Shown here: piece after piece, positions 58,463 through 64,000 of the stretch
Position numbering within the stretch: position 1 is the stretch's first letter
How the letters are laid out: every line of letters begins with the position of its first letter
Assembly (NCBI GenBank): GCA_964016885.1
Contig: OZ024749.1
Coordinates: forward strand, 28,768,001-28,832,000
Direction: 5' to 3'
Origin: Eledone cirrhosa
Lineage: Eukaryota
Length of the DNA stretch: 64,000 bases
Position numbers and translations under genes: made by a program
Notes under the pieces: generated by a model
What the model was told of the DNA's origin: nothing
The model's database searches: none
The model's input: the letters and a program-made list of their open reading frames with translations, nothing else

Positions 58463-58726
58463 GAATTATATTTCTCGCTTTATCATAGTAAATTACACAA
58501 ATGTAAGTATGGGTTATATTGAATAATAATCATAATATTCGATTCATTTGCAAGCAAAACGGCCTTACTAAGCTATGCTGTGCTTTGATAGCTATCATCA
58601 TCAATGATTCAGAAACATGTTGATTGTTCCTCGATGTTACTGTTGAACAAATGGATGGTGACAGCTATCAAGGCACAGCATAGCTTAGTAAGGCCATTTT
58701 TATTCAATATAACCCATACTTACATA
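58382..58726. mobile_element. nested fold-back element in (TA)n
   Basis: TATTCAATATAACCCATACTTACA occurs at 58383(+), ~58502(-) and 58701(+); inner arms are ~58558-58602 and ~58654-58699. No clear hammerhead. Confidence 0.7.
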
Positions 58727-59406
58727 TATATATATATATATATTTTTTTTTTTCCCATCTAAACAGGCTGAAGGAAGCTCAGTGATGTGATATCATCACT
58801 GGTTAACGTCCATTTTTCCATGCTAGCAGGGGCCATCATAATAATCCTTTCTGGTTTGGGCACAAAGGCCAACAATTTGGGGTAAGGGGAAAGTCAAATA
58901 AATTGACTCCAGTGTGTTACTGGTACTTTTTTTTATCAACTCTGTAAGGATGAAAGGCAAAGTTAATCTCGGTGGGATTTGAACTCAGAATATAAAGAGC
59001 CGTTGTTATAACGGCAATTATGATCACTGTCGAACTTCAAATCAAACGAAGGAAACTATGTTTCAATTAGACTTTCCCTATTTTTAAAGGGGTTCATATC
59101 TAAAGAGGGTCCCCCAGCCCCCTTATTTCTTGAGAGTAAAAAGACAAGCTTCTTTAGATGTTGTCACATCTGAACAACATCTTATTAACAACTACCACAA
59201 CAACAACAACATATCTACATCACAACCAGAACAACAACTACAACACAACATCATAGCAAACTCATCATCATCACAAGCACAATAACATCCCAACCACAAG
59301 AACATCACAACAACTACCACAACAATAATACTGCAACCACAACAATTTGAACAAACAAAATGAAAGTTAGATAGAGAGAAAGAAAGCAAGAGAAAAAGAG
59401 AGAGAG

Positions 59407-59457
<51 letters not shown>

Positions 59458-59810
59458 AAGAGAGAGAGAGCAAGAGAGCAGGAACGTTAGTTAAAAGTAA
59501 AGTTGCTTTCTATAGTGTGTAATATGTGAGATGTTAGCGGCTGTGTTAATGATAAGTTTGGTGAGGAAAAGGATATATTTGAGAGGAGGCTAGCAGAGAA
59601 GATGGACATATAATTAGCAGAAGACACCAAACAAATGAGGAACCACTAATTAGTGGTATATTACAACACCTTTCCTTTTTTTTAACAATCACTGCTACAG
59701 GCAGTAGTGGTAGTAGTAGTGGTAGTAGTAGTGGTAGTAGTAGTAGTGGTAGTAACAGTAGCCTTTATCATCCCCCCCCCCACAACTACCTACCAATTAT
59801 ACACAGGCAC

Positions 59811-59844
<34 letters not shown>

Positions 59845-59921
59845 ATGTATATATGTGTTTATATATATATGTGTATATGCATACACAAAGTTACTTTTTT
59901 TGTCTCTCACTCTCTTTCTCT

Positions 59922-59957
<36 letters not shown>

Positions 59958-60449
59958 TATGAATCAATTTATGAGTTGGCAGTGAAGATGAGGAGAAATT
60001 AGAGGGAGAGGAGGATAAGAAGAGGAAGAAGGGGGTGTGGAATAAGGTGGGGAGGAGGTAGCGATAGAGGAGAGAAAAGGATGAGGAGGACGAGGTGGAG
60101 AGGGTGTGATGAAATAAAGTGAGGTAGAGACAGAGAAGGGGTAAAGGGTGAGGGTAGTAGTGGCAGAGGAGGAAGAGGAGTGGGTGTGATGAAATACAAG
60201 GGAGGAGGTAGAAATAGAGAAGAGGATGTGATGAAATAAAGCAAGGGAATGAGGTAGCAGGAGAGATGGTGGTAGCTACTGATGAGGTGTAAGTGTATTG
60301 AAATAAAGTGGGTGTCAGTTAATTCTTGTTCATTACAATAATGAACAACTGTTTATATAGCAATATAGCAGCAATGGCTACTTTTTTGGTTTGTTGTTAA
60401 TTTTTTGAGGCAGAGGGTTGCTTCATTAGTCTTTACATACACATACATG

Positions 60450-60480
<31 letters not shown>

Positions 60481-60526
60481 TGTATATATATATATATACA
60501 TATATATGTGTGTGTGTGCATGTGTG

Positions 60527-60628
<102 letters not shown>

Positions 60629-60643
60629 GTGTGTGTGTGTGTG

Positions 60644-60692
<49 letters not shown>

Positions 60693-61799
60693 TATATATA
60701 TGTGTGTGTGTGTGTATATATATATATACATATATATATGTGTGTGTGTGGTGTGTATATATATATATATATATGCGTGTGTGTGTGTGTGTGTGTCTTT
60801 GATGTTTACAGAGCTAAAAAGCCTTGCAAGTTAACTGTGATTAGACAGAGAACAATGAAACAACCATCATGATGGTGGTGGTTATTAGTGATATAAGGTG
60901 GGGGTGGGGAGGGGGGGTTAGTGGTAGTATAAGGTGATAGTGGTGGCGGTAGTGAAGGTGATGGCAGTGACAGTGTTGGTAGAGGTGGTGGTAATGGTGA
61001 TGGTTAGTGGAAGTATAAGGTGGTGGTGGTGGTGGTGGCAGTGGTAGTATAACGTGGTGATGGTGGTGGTACCACCATCACTACCACCACCACCAACAAC
61101 AACAACAACAACACCAACACCACCACCAACAAAAAATACCATACAACAACAGTAGCAGTAGTAGTATCAACCATGTTTAAATGACTGAACATCAAATTAA
61201 TATAATGGTACTGAGATGTTTTAGAAGAGTTCACCCCCAGCCACAGCCCCCAACCCTCACCACCCAGCCCCACTCACCACCAGCGACCCTTCCCCCAACT
61301 CCCCCTGTCAGACTTTAATAGTTTACAACAGTTTAATCAAATTTACAGAAGCTACCAATTCTACCTCCAAGCTATTGACAGTATTTCTAACTCTCAATGA
61401 CAACATCCTTAACAGAAGAAACTGCCAGCTTTTCAAGGAATTAAGATTTTAACATTTCTTTTTTAAACTTATTTGTTTTTAATAGTTTCAGTCATTAGAC
61501 TGTGGCCATGCTGGGACACTGCCTTGACTCATTGTCCTGTACTACATGAAACCACATTAGCAACACAGTCTTGAAAAAGTACAAAACAGCACTATGATCA
61601 TCACCTTATAAATAGAAGTCTTTACTTTTTAATACTGTAAATTTTCCCAATGATCTGTCCACCAGTAAAAATACTATAAACATTTGAATTAACAAACATG
61701 CTTTTAGATATTTTCAGCTAAATCATACAACTGGATGTGATTTAGTTGATCATATCATCCCTATGATTTTTTTTTTCAAGCCTTGTACTTTTGGTGATC

Positions 61800-62170
61800 T
61801 ACACAATAAACACCCCCAGTACACGTAATATGGTTGGTGATAGGAAGAGCATCTAGCCACAGAAAACTTGTCAAACAAAAGGTTGTGAAGACCCTTTAGT
61901 CATGTCAAGGACGTGACAGGTTCCCTAGAGTTTGGTGATTTACACTATAAATACACCCAGCACATGCTGTAATGTGGTTGGTGATAGGAATACAACCATA
62001 GAAAGCTTGTCAAACAACGGGGTGGGAGGACCCCCTTCAGTCATGACAAGGCCGTGACAGCTTCCCTAGATTTACACAAACACACCCAGCACACGCTGTA
62101 AAGTAGTTGGTGCAGGGAAGGGCATCCAACTATAGAAAGCCTGCCAAATAAAGAGTTGGGAGGACCCTTC
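61800..62170 (+). repeat. three degenerate tandem copies (~145 bp) of an RTE 3'-UTR-like motif
   Basis: ACACCCAGCACA...TGGTTGGTGATAGGAAGGGCATC...AGAAA resembles the reverse complement of 53641-53680. Confidence 0.6.
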
Positions 62171-62549
62171 ACTCAATGAATCTGCCAGAATGCAGTAATG
62201 CAAATGCAACTAATTGTTCAGAGTGTACACATTCTAGTTAATAGCAGGTATATATATATGATAGTCTTCAACTTTCACTGACAAGGCAACACTGGTCAAG
62301 CTGAAGCTATATTAGATGATATCCTTGCTCAAGGTGACATGCAGGGTAAAGTAAACCCCTTAACCATGCATTATACTTTCACTTTTCCTTTTATCCTTGT
62401 TCAGTATTTCTTTACATTACATAAGCTAAGTATCTTATCTGACGTACAAACTATTTTACAGTCCAGTTTAAATTAAAAAGGAAGTCTTAATTTCTTCAGC
62501 CTTTCCCAGTAGCTCATTTTTACACTGGTCCAGTGTACCTTTGTTGTGG

Positions 62550-63110
62550 TGGTCCTATGTTTGTGGGTTGATAGTGGGGGGCTTGAAATTTGCCTGCATT
62601 AAATTGCATATAGTTGTTTTCAGCCCATCTGTACAACATCTAAATCATGTTGTAAGAGAGTAGCATCAGCCAGTTTCTTGATTGCCTCTGCTACTTTCAT
62701 GTCATCAGCATAGCTTGTGAAGGAGGCTGTCCGTATTATAAAGAGCATGTCTCAGAGAGCCACCACAAGCAGTAGTGGGCCCCAAGACAGTTCCCTAGGG
62801 CATGCTGCTTGTTACTGACATTTCCTTTGAGAGGACCCCGTTAGCTGCAACAGTCTGGCTTCTGTCTTTTAAGAAGTCATGAAGCAATTCAACTAGTTTT
62901 CCAGCTATGCCAAAGCTACGTAGTTTATGACATATGATCCGATGATCAACCTTCTTGAAAGCCTTTACAAAGTTGAGATATATCACATTTGAACAGTCTA
63001 GAAGCTGTTTGAGTATCCAGTCATAATACTGTAAGAGCTGTGTAAGACAACTTCTAGCTGGGTGAAGGCCATGCTGAGTGTCAGTTAGATGATTTTCCTC
63101 CAGAAAAGTG
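62550..63110 (-). pseudogene. CR1/jockey-group LINE reverse transcriptase fragment
   Basis: QHG...SCLTQLL, IYLNFVKAFKKVDH, FLKDRSQTV, P*GTVLGPLL, SYADDMK, with a stop codon and frameshifts. Confidence 0.88.
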
Positions 63111-63590
63111 ATCAGTTTCCTTCAGAAAAATATTCAAAATAATATCCCCCATTTAAACTCACAACAGAGTTGATGAAGGATCGTAATATGTGGAAAGATG
63201 CTGTGTTGAAAAGGATATGTTCAACCGATGCAAGCATGGCAAAATGGATGTAATGATGATGATGATGATGATATGTAGAAATTAACTTTGAGAGCTGAAT
63301 TGCAGCCAACTGTAGCAGTATAATCTGTAGAAAGTGTTGTCCAAGATGGACTTAACCAAGGTGGTGGACTTTATATATTGCCTGGTTTCACAACCCTGCT
63401 GGTTCTTCGGTGGGGACAATCTGTCACACAGTTTAATACCATCACCTGGTCCTTGGGTGGTAGACTTAATCTCTCACCCAGTTTAACACTACCACCTGGC
63501 TCTCTGCTGATAGTCTTAATCTGTCACCCAGTTTAATACCCTCCTGGCTCTTAGGTGGTATATAACCTGTTACCTGGATTAACACTATCC

Positions 63591-64000
63591 CACCCTTGGT
63601 ACTAACTACTGCACCCTTGGTACTAACTACTGCACCCTTGGTCTAACTATTGCACCCTTGGTACTAACTACTGCACCCTTGGTACTAACTACTGCACCCT
63701 TGGTCTAACTATTGCACCCTTGGTACTAACTATTGCACCCTTGGTACTAACTACTGCACCCTTGGTACTAACTACTGCACCCTTGGTCTAACTATTGCAC
63801 CCTTGGTACTAACTATTGCACCCTTGGTACTAACTACTGCACCCTTGGTACTAACTACTGCACCCTTGGTACTAACTACTGCACCCTTGGTCTAACTATT
63901 GCACCCTTGGTACAAACTATTGCACCCTTGGTACTAACTACTGCACTCTTGGTACTAACTACTGCACCCTTGGTCTAACTATTGCACCCTTGGTACTAAC
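63591..64000. repeat. 21/20-bp minisatellite running off the window end
   Basis: CACCCTTGGTACTAACTACTG with an interspersed 20-bp variant CACCCTTGGTCTAACTATTG. Confidence 0.95.

Noticed and set aside
63591-64000. Possible telomeric array at the window end
   Set aside because: The 21/20-bp unit is not TTAGGG-like, and further ATP6AP2 exons are expected beyond it.

Overview
AT-rich, microsatellite-saturated animal genomic DNA, probably an octopus-like cephalopod (inferred from repeat content, not proven). It holds the 3' ends of two convergent host genes: the OAR-domain terminal exon of a Shox/Shox2-type homeobox gene (+, 25117-25436) and the last two exons of ATP6AP2/(pro)renin receptor (-, 57630-57743 and 56652-56846). 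Almost all ORFs in the supplied track are simple-repeat artefacts. Mobile DNA includes a decayed maT/Bmmar1-type mariner with perfect 26-bp TIRs, two tiny MITEs, RTE and CR1-like LINE fragments, many tRNA-derived SINEs and two Penelope-like (GIY-YIG) fragments. The most striking signal is a dense population of short non-coding fold-back elements, mostly set in (TA)n tracts. They belong to roughly nine unrelated sequence families, and most carry an intact, truncated or decayed type I hammerhead ribozyme. A chain of them lies at 18.6-20.8 kb in what is probably the last Shox intron. All RNA structures were folded by eye; none was computed or tested.
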